This document shows, one piece after another, positions 1 through 11,381 of a DNA stretch of 64,000 nt. Every line of letters starts with the position of its first letter. The stretch's first letter is position 1. The stretch lies in assembly GCA_003427395.1 (NCBI GenBank), contig BFEA01000019.1, positions 4,358,696 through 4,422,695 of the forward strand, written 5' to 3'. The position numbers and the translations under genes are program-made. Source of the stretch: Chara braunii. Its lineage: Eukaryota > Plantae > Charophyceae. The notes under the pieces are model-generated. The model ran no database searches. It worked only from the letters and a program-made list of their open reading frames with translations, and was not told the DNA's origin.

Positions 1-1807
1 TAAGTAGCAGCTACGACCTTGACTCTTCAGGCAGTCTTCAGCTACAACTCCGGAACTGTCTAGACTTCTACCCTACAGGTCTACAGTTCGATTCCAGTCT
101 ATCCTGTGCCCTACGACAATCTACCTACCACTGGCGGTTCTACAGGTCGCAGGTTCAACTCTTCGAGTTGACGTAGATATTATACACAGGTAAGTTGGGG
201 AACTAGGGATCAAGCCCTGGGATCTGCCTCAGCTACCACGAATTGGTGAATACCGTTTCATATATAAGTCGTGATTATTTCTTTGTTGAACTTCTGTAAT
301 CACAGATATTTGATGTTCACTGTTCAGCCATCTAGACAGAGTCCTGAGTCAATCCAAGGTCTCAACCCTCATAGACGTCGTAATCATGCCATGGATGTCA
401 GCAAAGATGGTTCTGACTAGAATTCAGCCACAGAATTCTTGGGTATGTCCCAACTGTCGCTGAAAGTGACAGCAGCGGGTTATGAACCCCGCACCTACTC
501 ACGGCAACTCGGACATGCAACCAACTGAGCTTAGCCCCGATGGGACTGCCATCATATCTGCCCTCTGTCGTCTTCAGAGTCATTTTTCCAGTGTTTCTCT
601 TAGTGTGTGAACCTTGTCATGCATGGATTACTGGATTTGTATGTGTCTGCTGCGGCCATGTTTTTCGTCCTCCAACTGAGATATGCAGAAGCAGTTGTCA
701 TATTTCTTTGCTCCGCGTTTCTATCACACCAAAGATCCTCCCAGAATCCCGGAGAAAACTGAACAAGAAAAGAAAGATCAAAAAAGAAAAGAAAAGAAAA
801 AAAAAACACTGAACAAACTGCAAAGGCTGGCCACATCCGTTTCGCACCCTATACAAAATGCATGTCATGCATTCTCTCACAGACATACATCTTTTGTCCG
901 GCAACAAATGGGAAGATGGAGAAGGAGAAAGGGAAGGGCAGGTGCAGATGGAGAGAGGGGGTAGAAAAGAACAAGCCAGTATGTCCCCACCAGCACAAAA
1001 AACTAGCACAAAGGCAAGGTGACTCATGGCTGATGGATTACTCACGCTAGCACTTGCCAAAATGCATCTGACTGCAATCACGGCCAGTGGTGTATGCATC
1101 TGACGGCAATCTCGTCCACAATCAAGTAAAAAGTCCTAGTGCGAGTATGCCCTGAGCTGGGGAAACTGCATGGGAAAGGCAGCCTGTAGCTTGTCGTAGA
1201 TTGCCATGGAGACATGCATCAGAGGAACAATTAGTGCATGGCGTGTGGATGCAGAGCATCCATTTCTCCAAGGTAGACACAGTCTTGGAAGGCAAGACAC
1301 AGACAGACATCACAAGCACCACAGCTTCCACATGCTAGGAACATGGGAGGCAGTGCAGTCACAGTTATATAAATGAGTATAGATCCAAGACTGCTCTGCA
1401 GCACCAGATTGGGGTTGTCGTCAGTTGGGAAGTATTCGTGGTCCAAGATCAGCTGGGCACATTGTCAAGGGAGCTGTGAGGTGCACAAATCCTGTGGAGG
1501 TTCCAGCTACTCAGGTCTGGTGCACTTACAAGCCAGCTGCACTACTAAAAACAATCATTTCAGTGGTGGACATTATGTGCTGTTACTTGTCAGCATAAGT
1601 TGAGAGCAGCAGGGGGATCTGCCCCACCTAGCGAGCACGGTGCCAGAGAAGGTCTGACTACCGCTGCACATGCAATTAATATTTTTTACACAGGTATGGC
1701 CAGTGAGGCTGCACCCGCATACTCAGGACTGATTATGTGCGTTTTGCAGAGTAAGGCGGTCGTAATATCACACACTCCTCTCTGGTACTAAAAGCAAACA
1801 AAGGGCG

Positions 1808-2350
1808 ACCGGCGTAGCTCAGTTGGTTAGGCACGCAACTGGCATTCAGGAGGTTATGGGTTCAATCCCCACTGACAAAAAAACCTGCAACGCGGTTGGT
1901 GCCAACCAAATGAGACAGCTGGCTTGCTCCCCAATTCGGTGTTGGTAGGGTCTTTGGCCATCACGGGTGTGTGTGTGTGTGTGGGTGTGTGGGTGTGTGG
2001 GTGTGTGGGTGTGCGGGTTGTGTGTGCCGTGTAGGAGAGTGCTGGCCATAGACACTGCTGTTACTCGATGGGGGTGAGAGAAGTAGATGGGAGGCGCAGC
2101 GACTGGCAAAATGCTCAGTCTTTGCGTTAGCCAGGCCCCCCTCACGGGCGACCCCACCCTACTCCCTGTCCACAGCCGATTAGGGCAGGGGCCAACATGC
2201 ATCCCCTTAATTGTGAGAGGTAGCTACACTTGCACGGGTCCCCTGTATAGGCTTAGGAGTAGTGGTAGATAGGTAGTGAATTGTGAAATTGAGAGAAGAA
2301 TATAGCTTAGTTAAAATAAAATAAAAACAAGCAAAAAAAAAAAAAAAACA
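1808..2350 (+). mobile_element. tRNA-derived SINE-like element (Pol III head, GT-rich body, A-rich tail)
   Basis: Head has A-box-like TAGCTCAGTTGG (1815-1826) and B-box-like GGTTCAATCCC (1859-1869) at tRNA spacing, but acceptor and anticodon stems do not pair. It is followed by a (GT)n body and an A-rich tail at ~2313-2348. Possible degenerate TSD AAACAAAGGGC / AAACAGGGC. Confidence 0.7.
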
Positions 2351-3229
2351 GGGCTTCCACCAAAGTTCTGCAGAAGAAACATCATTGTGAGCAGACGACC
2401 GCAGACAGAAGGCCATCATCCTTCGAAGAAAAAAAAAAGAAACAAAAGAAAGGAGTGACCTTGCAGACGTCTGCAAAGAGGTCTCTTAAGTCTGTCGACA
2501 CCAAACAGCCATTCAGTGCAATTTCTGTGCATAGTGGGACACTAGCCCCCGTTTCCAGCAGCTGGCACACCCCGCCACTAGATGGGGTATTATCAGTGAA
2601 CAAACGGCAGAGACAGGAAACTCCGGGGTCACCTCGGGGCAGCAAGCTGGCCAGAATCGGAGCTTTCAAAAATATTTGAAAAAAGGGTTTCCGCAGAAGA
2701 AAGTAAAATCGGCGTCGTCCGTGCCAAGGGGCCCGCCTCACTTTTGATACACCCATGAACTGTTGGAATACAAACCAGAGTTCAGAATACGGCTGGGACT
2801 AGATGAATGAAATCAAATTCTAAATTACCTGGGGTCATTCCTTGCAAATAAAAGAAGCAGAATTGGGGTTGTCCACCAGTAGGTGGCAACCCCTCCCACA
2901 GGCCACAGATCCCAGGCTGAACATCCAAACCTGTTGCATACCGTATAGGTGCAGACCAGAACAAGAACCGACCTTTCCATACAAGGTATAAGATAGCACA
3001 GCGGAAGGCTTAGATACCAGTGATCCGAACAATCAATGTTGTAATGCAGCCCTGAACATACATCATCATCATCGTTTCATAGTGTGAATGGGTCTGGCGA
3101 TCCACACAGGAAGACAGCGCCAGCCCAGAACATGCACAGACGAGGAGGAAGGGGATAGACGAAGAGGAGGGGGAAGATGGGAATGTCGTCAACACCAAGT
3201 CTTCGGCACAAGCCCAAATAGTCCCTCGT

Positions 3230-3548
3230 NNNNNNNNNNNNNNNNNNNNNNNNNNNNNNNNNNNNNNNNNNNNNNNNNNNNNNNNNNNNNNNNNNNNNNN
3301 NNNNNNNNNNNNNNNNNNNNNNNNNNNNNNNNNNNNNNNNNNNNNNNNNNNNNNNNNNNNNNNNNNNNNNNNNNNNNNNNNNNNNNNNNNNNNNNNNNNN
3401 NNNNNNNNNNNNNNNNNNNNNNNNNNNNNNNNNNNNNNNNNNNNNNNNNNNNNNNNNNNNNNNNNNNNNNNNNNNNNNNNNNNNNNNNNNNNNNNNNNNN
3501 NNNNNNNNNNNNNNNNNNNNNNNNNNNNNNNNNNNNNNNNNNNNNNNN
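3230..3548. other. assembly gap
   Basis: Run of N. Confidence 1.
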
Positions 3549-3700
3549 CCTACCAGCGCCCAGCGCTGAAGACTACAGCTACAGCTATGGCGCCCAGCGC
3601 CGAAGACTACAGCTAACGCTACCACTACTGCCTAGCGCTGAAGACTACTGCAGCGCTCCTCCTGAGTGCTGCGGCCGAATCCTGAAGACTACCTCTCCTA
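3549..3700 (+). repeat. degenerate minisatellite (core GCGCTGAAGACTAC) running into the gap
   Basis: Four copies of (GCGC)YGAAGACTAC at ~3563, 3597, 3635 and 3682. Confidence 0.6.
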
Positions 3701-3820
3701 CTGACACTCCCCCCTCCGTGAAGTGCATGGGAACCTCCTATGTACTACGGGTGTGCCTCTTGAGCCTGCCAAAGGGAGGCAGGGGCTGCAGCTGCAGCTC
3801 CTGCTCGAGTGCGTGAGGAA

Positions 3821-4075
3821 CAGGCTATTTTGGGCCTGTTCCGCATCCCTGTTTCCGTGCCTGAGTCTTAGGAGCAGGTCGAAACAATGAGGGCCTGAAA
3901 ATGGCCCTCCGTTTCAGGCTGAAAACTCTGGGTCTGAAAAGACCCAGAAATAGGCTGAAACGAGGTAGGGCCTGCAGGCCCTCGTTTTTCAGCATCCAGG
4001 CTGAAATGAACGGGGCCTGTAAGCCCTAAGTTTTAGGCTTTTAGGCTGAATGTCCGGGACGGGCCCTGTAGGGCC
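3821..4075. mobile_element. small GC-rich MITE-like element with repeated GGCTGAAA/GGGCCTG motifs
   Basis: Imperfect inverted ends (GGGCCTGTTCCG vs reverse complement GGGCCCGTCCCG) and many internal motif copies. No TSD established. Confidence 0.4.
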
Positions 4076-4399
4076 CGTGTGGCTACGCAGTATGCCACAA
4101 AACCCGAGGAAGATCAATAGCATTATGATGGGGGGAAACGAAAACACAAAATGCAATACGGAAGCTGCACCTCAGCAAGCTAACCGCCGATCCCGATGTG
4201 TCTTCATCCTGTTCTCCTCCCCATTGTTCCTCCAGTCCTATCCTCCTCCACCTATGCATGACGCCTCTGGCCTGTCTCCATTTACTTACGGCCTCGCCAC
4301 ACCGCTCACGAAACGAGAAAAAGAGGGTGCACCATTCCCTGAACGCTGGCAAGACGCGTATGTTACCATAAATAGCAATGGATGCACTTTTCCGCTGTC

Positions 4400-5870
4400 T
4401 GTGGAAAGATTCGCTCACATTTCGTTCCCTTTGTGAGTAATGCGGTGGCGCCCTTATTAGCCCAACACCGCCAGTCTTTTCATCCTTTTCAAAGGACCCT
4501 ACCTCCTAACTGTCGTGCACTATGTGATTGCATTTCAGCAAGTGCTGCTACTGTGCCCTTGGCACCACCCGAGAGGTCCCCTTCATTTCGCACCTCATCT
4601 TTGCCGCAAACCACCACCCACCCTTACTTTCCAATTTAATCAAATTTTCAAGATTCCTATTCGACTCAACTTTTTCACTACAAACAGGTCACGCTGTGTT
4701 CTCATCAACCACATTTACACCACTTTTTCTCATTTCTGTGCGCTTGGATGCAGGAGAAATTACGCTCATCCTCTGTACCCCCCTCTCTCTTCTACTCAAC
4801 GTTTCCTCTGTTCAGAACCAGCCAGTTCTTTCTTTGCTTATACGTGCACATCTCAACCTTGAGCTGCTGGGAGTTTCATACCTGTCCTCTTTGACAGCTG
4901 CGCATTTTACCACACCCCTTCACAAACACCACGTCCTTCATTAAACAGGTGTGCTCCACAACCCTCAGAGCGAACGCTGTTGCTGCATTCCAATTCAACT
5001 ACTGCCCTACTTCTTGCTGCTTCAGCAGTCCAATTCAACTAATACAGTATGCTAAACTACAGGCAAGCCTCTCTACAGGCAAGCCTCTCCTGTCGAACCT
5101 GCAGATTCGGCAATGGGGCCTCACTCCACCACTCAACATTCGCTGGTCATCGCTCTCCCTCTGTTTACCCTTCATGTGCAACAGGGAATACTCCACTACT
5201 CAACATTATAAATGTACTGGAACGATTTTGGACCACATACATCAGACTGATCGAACACTTTCAACGTATTGAGACCGTTACCAGCTTCAGATACCCAAGA
5301 AGTTTTGTGTACTGGAGCGAGGCCCATAGAAACATGCCTGCAAGCCCACCATGAAGTTATCTGCACCCCCTTCCCTCCCCCCTCCAAGTCAAGGGAAGTC
5401 TTGTTTACAGTGACAGTTTTCTTTACGGCAGCCTTGCACACCCTGCTTTGATAACCATCCGTCTCCGTCCTCAGATTTTCCGTACCTCGATGCCGACAAG
5501 CACCTTTCTTGTTGCCTACTGCCATCTTCACCCACATAAAATGCCTGGTCCTTATAGCCGCATTTGAGGTAACTCCCAGTCTATAAAGCGATAATGACCG
5601 AGTCGCGAGTGTTCTATTCAGGTGAAGACAGTAGCCATCCATCTCCAACCTCAACAACATCAACGCCGGTACATTTCGACTGTACCGAGGAGGTTGGGAG
5701 CAAGACGCCGCCAATTGATTTCTCCAATTGCAACTCTGCGCGAGCAGGTATCCCTCTACGAGGGCATGGGGCAAACAGCATTGTCTGTAACAAGATTGCA
5801 GTGGTTTCCATAGCGACGGATCGATACATTGGAGTGGTTTCCACTATAGCGATCGATGTACAACCGTCAG
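4400..5870 (-). mobile_element. heavily decayed L1-type LINE ORF2 3' remnant
   Basis: Broken minus-strand peptides in L1 order: xxGIP (~5750), RHFMW...EGGGKG (~5550-5370; cf. RxFLW...EGGLG), HLFNE...VW (~4950-4910; zf-RVT-like). Many frameshifts. Confidence 0.4.
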
Positions 5871-6730
5871 ACACATTTAGGAAAGTGATTGTGTGAGTAT
5901 GCTCTCAGCTGGTACATCCTAGAATTTTGGAAATACACACTTTGAACCTGCTGTTGAATACAGACCTGTTTTTGAATGCATTGGCTATGTTCAGCTGTGG
6001 TCGCGGGGCGGGGGGAGACTCATACTAGGACTTTTTCTGTCGATTTCTGTAGGTAATTGCAGTCAGATTCATGGAGCCCAGACATAACAATAGCCAGATA
6101 CATTTAGGAAAGTGCTAGTGTTTTGAGTATGCTTTCAGTCAGTACTGAGTTGTTGAATACTCAGTCTTCTGTTGAGTACAGACCTGAATTCAAAATTCAA
6201 ATGTGTCGGCTATGTTCACCTATGGGGGAGGGGGGGCTACGCCCCCTTCCCCCCCCAGCTTTGCTGTGCTGAATCACAGGGCATACTCACACTCGGCTTT
6301 GCAGAAGCCCAAGGGCATACTGAGTCTAGGACTTTTCTGCCAATTTCTGTCACAGTCAGATTCGTGGAGTCTACCCATAACCACGATCAGATACGTTCAG
6401 GGAAGTGCTAGTGCGGGTGTAATACATATCTGAGACTGAATCTGCTGATGAATACAGACCCGAGTTCCATGTTCAGTTGCAGGAGAGAAGGGTCAATGCA
6501 GCCCTCCCCCCCCTCGATGTCAGCTTTGTTGTGCTGAATCTCAGGCCATACTCACGCCAGAACTTTCATTGCTAAAGCTCAAAGTCCTGCTCACAAGAAT
6601 CTGTTGTTCAATACAGACGTGAGGTCGCATGAGATGACTATGTTCGATTGTGGGAAAGGGGCTACGCTGCCCCCCCCCAAATGTCAGCTTCATTGTGCTG
6701 CATCTCAGGGCATACTCACACTCAGACTTT
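5866..6730 (+). repeat. dispersed modular repeat family, cluster 1
   Basis: Recurring blocks CTAGGACTTTT..CAGTCAGATTC..CAGATACATTTAGGAAAGTG..GAGTATGC and TGCTGTTGAATACAGACCTG. The same blocks occur at ~8390-8590, 17845-18790 and 23075-23340. Confidence 0.75.
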
Positions 6731-7182
6731 TTCTGCCTTTTTCTTCTCCCCCCCCCTCCTCCCCCCTCCCCACCCACCTCTTAATCAAAGTTCGGGGGCA
6801 GGAAACTACCTGAAGGGTGATGGGAGCACCTTCCAAGTTGGCGTCTGCAGATTTTCAATGGCTCCAATCTATTCATGGGGAGCAGCACCGCCGGAAACTT
6901 GGTCTGGCATCCCATTCATACAATGTTTGAAATAGGCATAGGCCTGGTCTCGCAAATCACACACAGGGTTTACTGGTTAATTCTACACCTCTTCACCTCT
7001 TAGGGCGCCCGAATATCCATCCATCCCAGCCTACTAGTCAGCTATAAACTCTTACTTGTGTAGATGCCCTTGATTTCTAAACTCCTCTTAGTATCCCAGC
7101 GACAGACCCAGGAGGAAACAAGCACTCCTGAGTTCTCACACAGAATTTAGCTACTCCTGTTCAATTAAGACCAACAAGTTGA

Positions 7183-7271
7183 GTCCTCCGAACATCCGTC
7201 AAATTCCGAATGATACAGAGAAGATTAGCATTGACCCGGCACAAGGATGACACGCGTAAATCAAGAAATGG
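7183..7271 (+). pseudogene. U6: U6 snRNA retrocopy (processed pseudogene)
   Basis: GTCC..ACATCCG..AAATT..GATACAGAGAAGATTAGCAT..CAAGGATGACACGC.TAAATC.AGAAATGG follows the plant U6 sequence. ACAGAGA box at 7215-7221, AGC triad at 7227-7229. The 3' U-tract is replaced by an A-rich tail; a 16-bp TSD flanks it (7167-7182 / 7298-7313). Confidence 0.92.
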
Positions 7272-7313
7272 AAAAAAGGGTTAAAAAAAAGAAAAGAAAG
7301 ATCGACAAGCTGA

Positions 7314-8300
7314 TCTCGTCTCTCTCTTCCAGCAGTGTCCACCAGTGCATCACCCCTTCTTTGTCCTTTTACGGATACCTGGGGCTCTAACAGCCACGGG
7401 GAGATGGCGATCCCATCGTTGGATGGTTTCACCATGCATCCCTCCATGCCTCGATGTCCCATAAAGACGCTGCCAAGGTGATCTGCGGAGATTCTTCGTC
7501 CTGGCTTTTCTCCAGTCCGCCATGATCATGGTGTGGATGTTGTGGCCAGGACCATGTCAACGACGCAGAAATCAGAGCAAAATTTTCCCCAAAACAACCT
7601 ATCATTTGTTAATTCCCAGAAGACGTTCATGATGGCCATTCTCACTGATGAAACCACATAATCCCCCTTTTTTCCTTGCTGTGAGGTATTCGGGGAGAGG
7701 GAACCTTCCACCACAAAAACTCCACCCCAGCTAAACTCCTTTCCCACATTTCTTGACCACAGTCTGTCCCACCACACCCAAATCCTGTTCGATTCAACGC
7801 CTGCTCACGACAGGTGTGTGGCACTCTCCACCTCCTCCTTGCATCTGGGGCACATTTCCTGGACTGGAACTCTCTTTTCACTCGACTGAATAGCTGTGGG
7901 AACCAATCTGTGTGACTGAAGCCAGGCCAGGCTTGATAACTTTGACAGGGGGATCTTCTGCAACGATTTCCACACGGTAAATAGTTTATTCGTGGAGAGG
8001 CCCTTAACTAACTGCGCCCTCTGTCGCTCCTCTGCAAGCCACCTGTTTTTTATTTCCAGTGGGACCATCCAAGACGTGATCTGGGCCCGGCAACCCACCT
8101 TCGGTCAGTAGTCCAACAGTGCTGCCATAACAGTGTTGCCGTCTCCCTTGGTTCCACCACCTGCCACCCCCAGTGTCAGGGCAGAGGGCGCAGAGAGGTG
8201 ATTGGTTTGTCCCCGAAAGGACATCTCAACTGCACCTTCTATTTGTGGGGGGACCACCGCCTGTCCCGCCCTGGTGTTCAGCACCACCCTTTCTGGTACC
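7314..8300 (-). mobile_element. L1-type LINE 3' remnant with zf-RVT zinc finger
   Basis: ORF 7805-8098 reads VWKSLQKIP..AWLQSHRLVPT..CPRCKEEVESATHL, matching the CxxC..E..HL zinc-binding region C-terminal to L1 RT. It continues by frameshift into WWDRLW. Confidence 0.7.
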
Positions 8301-8649
8301 TCCCTTTCAATAAGAATTAGATGGCTGCTGTCGTCGACCGCTTCTGCCTGGACGTAGCCCACAGCCACAGCATCCCTTTCGGCCAACCGCTGTCAGATTT
8401 TCTGCTAGGGGGATTTTCTGCAAATTTTTGTGACCGCTGTAAGATAACTTTGCTAGGGGGATTTTCTGCCACGTTTTGTGACCGCTGTCAGATACATTTA
8501 GGAACGTGCTACTGTGAGTACGCCCTGAGTCAGCACACCCATGGAGGGTTGAAGTTCAGACCTGGGTCTGTAAAGACAAAGGAAAAGCAGAGTAACACTA
8601 ACAGACAGCGAAAGAAAACCAGAGGAGGACATAATGCCGCTAAGCCCAG

Positions 8650-9110
8650 GATGTAGGACTAAGCGATCATATGACTACAGTGACCGATTGGACGATCAAC
8701 AAACACCTGCTCTCTCTTCTTTGCAGAAGCACAGCATGGACATATCATTTCTCGGCTCTGGCTAACTGGCCAATCAAAATGAAAGGAAAAGAGAGAAGGA
8801 AAGAAAAGAGGAAAGAGGTCAATCAAGAGCAAGTGATGTAAAAGGACCTACCTCTACTCCCGAACGCAATGCAGCGTCACCATGACCATATTGGACCGAA
8901 AAGATAGTCCTAATCCATTTTAGATATACTCATGATGAGTGTCTGCTGTGTTCGGGGTAAACACAGCTTGTGTCTTGTATGTACATAGATGTTTTGTGTA
9001 TATATTTGTTAGGCTACACATATGACTCGGTGAAACTCCAACGAAACAGTCTGTCACAGCCCCTTGTTTGGTGTCCTCTTCTCCCTCCCTGCCTAAGCTT
9101 TACCGGGCAG
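8650..9110 (+). mobile_element. decayed ribozyme-bearing retroelement terminal segment (Penelope pLTR/retrozyme-like)
   Basis: 9022-9110 aligns to the hammerhead element at 29060-29147 (TCGGTGAAACTCC.ACGAAACAGT.TGTCACA.CCC...GGCAG). A second degenerate core TGATGA...AAACACAGCTTGTGTC lies at 8933-8974. Left boundary approximate. Confidence 0.55.
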
Positions 9111-10621
9111 ATATATTGTACCAAATCTATGAACTAAAAGCGTGCACTTTGTGAAACAAACAATAAAAATACACAGGAAAACATGAAGACCACACTGAAA
9201 TCATTCATGTTTTGTCATTCTTCTTTTAACTCTCCCTTCAATATGCCTCTAACGTACACGGCTCGCCACGTTGATGGAGTTGACCGCAAGGTGCTCGCAT
9301 CCCTGTGTGCCATAAAGGCCCACGTGTACATGTGAGAAAGAGGGAGAGTAAAGGGGGAGGGGATAAACACAGAGAAGAGAAATGGAGAGAAGACGAAATA
9401 AAGAACGACAAAGGGAAAGTAAGGGAAAGTAAGGGAAAGTAAGTAGTGTAGAATGAAAATGAGGGCAAAGGAGAGGATAAGAAAAGACGCAAGAATCAGT
9501 TCGTCCTTGATGACAGAGAGGACATACATTGTACGGATGAGGTGGATGAACACATGGAAGACACCAGCTGAGGATTTTCAGTACAACTATTGCCACGACG
9601 GCTGGCATTGAGCATTCCCACCATACACCCCCGACAAATGGCTTGTTGATTGCAGGCCAAAGTGAAGGAAGAACGCTCACAACAAACCATGCATTCAGTA
9701 TAGCATTCATCATGGCCGCAATATAGTATATATAGTCTCCGGATGCAGAGGGTGCCTGCAGTCAAGAACGTAGGGACAGTACTCCGCACGCATGGATGCA
9801 GAAACCATGTCATTGTACTGATTGTGACAGAGACAATGTAGTGGCTACAGCCGAGTGTAAGAGTGTTTGTAGTTGTGCAAAGGAGAGGGTCGCAGAGCAT
9901 TGGTACATTATCCTGCTGCAGCACAGGGGCAGAGGAATGCGAACTTCGACGTAAAAGAGATTGCGGACAGTTCAGTGTGGCAGGAAAACAGCACATTTTG
10001 TAAGCAATCAGTAAGATCAGTCATGGCATGGACCAATATGCCGTTGTCCAACAGCTCCCAGTGGTCAGAGGCATGCACAATGGCCATGTAGTGGCCAGGC
10101 CCTTGTAGAATCCAGCTAGAGATGTGGGATGGAGGATTAAACTACTCGCCTGCTTGAGCATAGCGTAGTTCAAGTTGGTCGTCCCTCATCGCTACTCACA
10201 GGACAGCAATGATAAACCCTCTGTCCCTGGCATAATTACAAAACCTGGCTGTAGGACGGGACGATCAGCATCAGCATCAATCTGACGGGCAATTGCGAGG
10301 AAGTCCGTCCGTCTATCAAACGGGTGGTGGAGCATGTGAATAGATAGATATTAGTTGCAGTCAGACCACAGAGATTGGCGGGGATCTCAGGCTGGTGTGC
10401 CAGATGCTGGCCAACAATTTGCAGAGCACCCATACATGTTGCAAGCCCAAAAAGTATTGGGTTGTTCGCTCGTCAGTCATCTGCAGACCACCCATGCTGT
10501 CTGCGCATGGCGGGACAAATTTTATGTTTCATCCTAACGGATGCTGGTCAGGCATTTGCAGATCCCCCATGAGGTCTAGGCTTTATGGGGTTAACTGCAA
10601 TCCACTCGTGGTTAACGGGTA

Positions 10622-11189
10622 GTTGCAAACATCAGTCAAAGTGAGACAAACACAAATGTGTTCAATTCACACAAAGGTGTTGTATACACATAGCACACCA
10701 CACAGGAGATATGAAAACCGAGCGCACGTACGCGTCGAAAGATAAAACATAACAAAACAGATGTGATTCAGGCGACAAGACCCTACATCGTGTTTCTGCT
10801 GGTCGCCTGTCCGGCTTCATCAGGGGTCAACTGATACCTAGCGCAGGGTGGAAGGAGAGCTGTCACAAAACTGCTTATACCTTCGTAGCACATTCTACGT
10901 CGTCACTAGTCCTACAGCCGACCGAACCGTCGACCAATTCGAAGATACTGGAACCGAAACCCCATGTAGACACTTCAGGAAACTACTCGTCAAACAGCGA
11001 AGTGGTCAAAGGATCGACGCCGACAGAGCAAGGATAAAAAAGATGAAAAAAACAGATTCCAGTCCTAAAGGTACTGACAGAGAAAAAACAAGTCCTAGGT
11101 TCGAGTCCCACCAGATAAGAGTGCAAAGGTATCTAAAAGCCGGTTCTGAGTTCGAGACCCAAAAGATGGATAATAACAATGCCCACCAA
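10622..11189 (-). repeat. 3' pseudo-LTR of the Penelope-like element
   Basis: Colinear with 15872-16489 (offset 5250 at the left end), roughly 90% or more identical by eye. Confidence 0.92.
10769..10828 (-). ncRNA. type I hammerhead ribozyme (pLTR copy 1)
   Basis: Minus strand: GACCC-CUGAUGA-aGCCGG-ACAGGCGA-CCAGCa-GAAA-CACGAUG-UA-GGGUC. Predicted cleavage after GUA, between 10784 and 10783. Confidence 0.85.
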
Positions 11190-11381
11190 TATCATGGCTT
11201 AGATGATGAAAACAGAAAAAGACGAAGAAGAAGAAGAAGAAGAAGAAGAAGAAGAAGAAGACGAAGAAGAAGACGTGAGGCAAGAATGTGAAGGACGGAT
11301 AGTAACAATGCCCACCATTAAGCTCAAAGACAAAGAGACAGAAGTAGAAGAAAAGAAAGTAGCAAGAAGACCGAACTAAGG

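Noticed and set aside
1808-1880. Functional tRNA gene
   Set aside because: The anticodon and acceptor stems do not pair.
7183-7271. Functional U6 gene
   Set aside because: Altered 5' hairpin and ISL, no oligo-T terminator, no visible USE/TATA, and flanked by a TSD.
10848-11291. Arg-rich 147-aa ORF
   Set aside because: Antisense to the pLTR; the poly-R comes from a (GAA)n tract and the other repeat copy is frameshifted.
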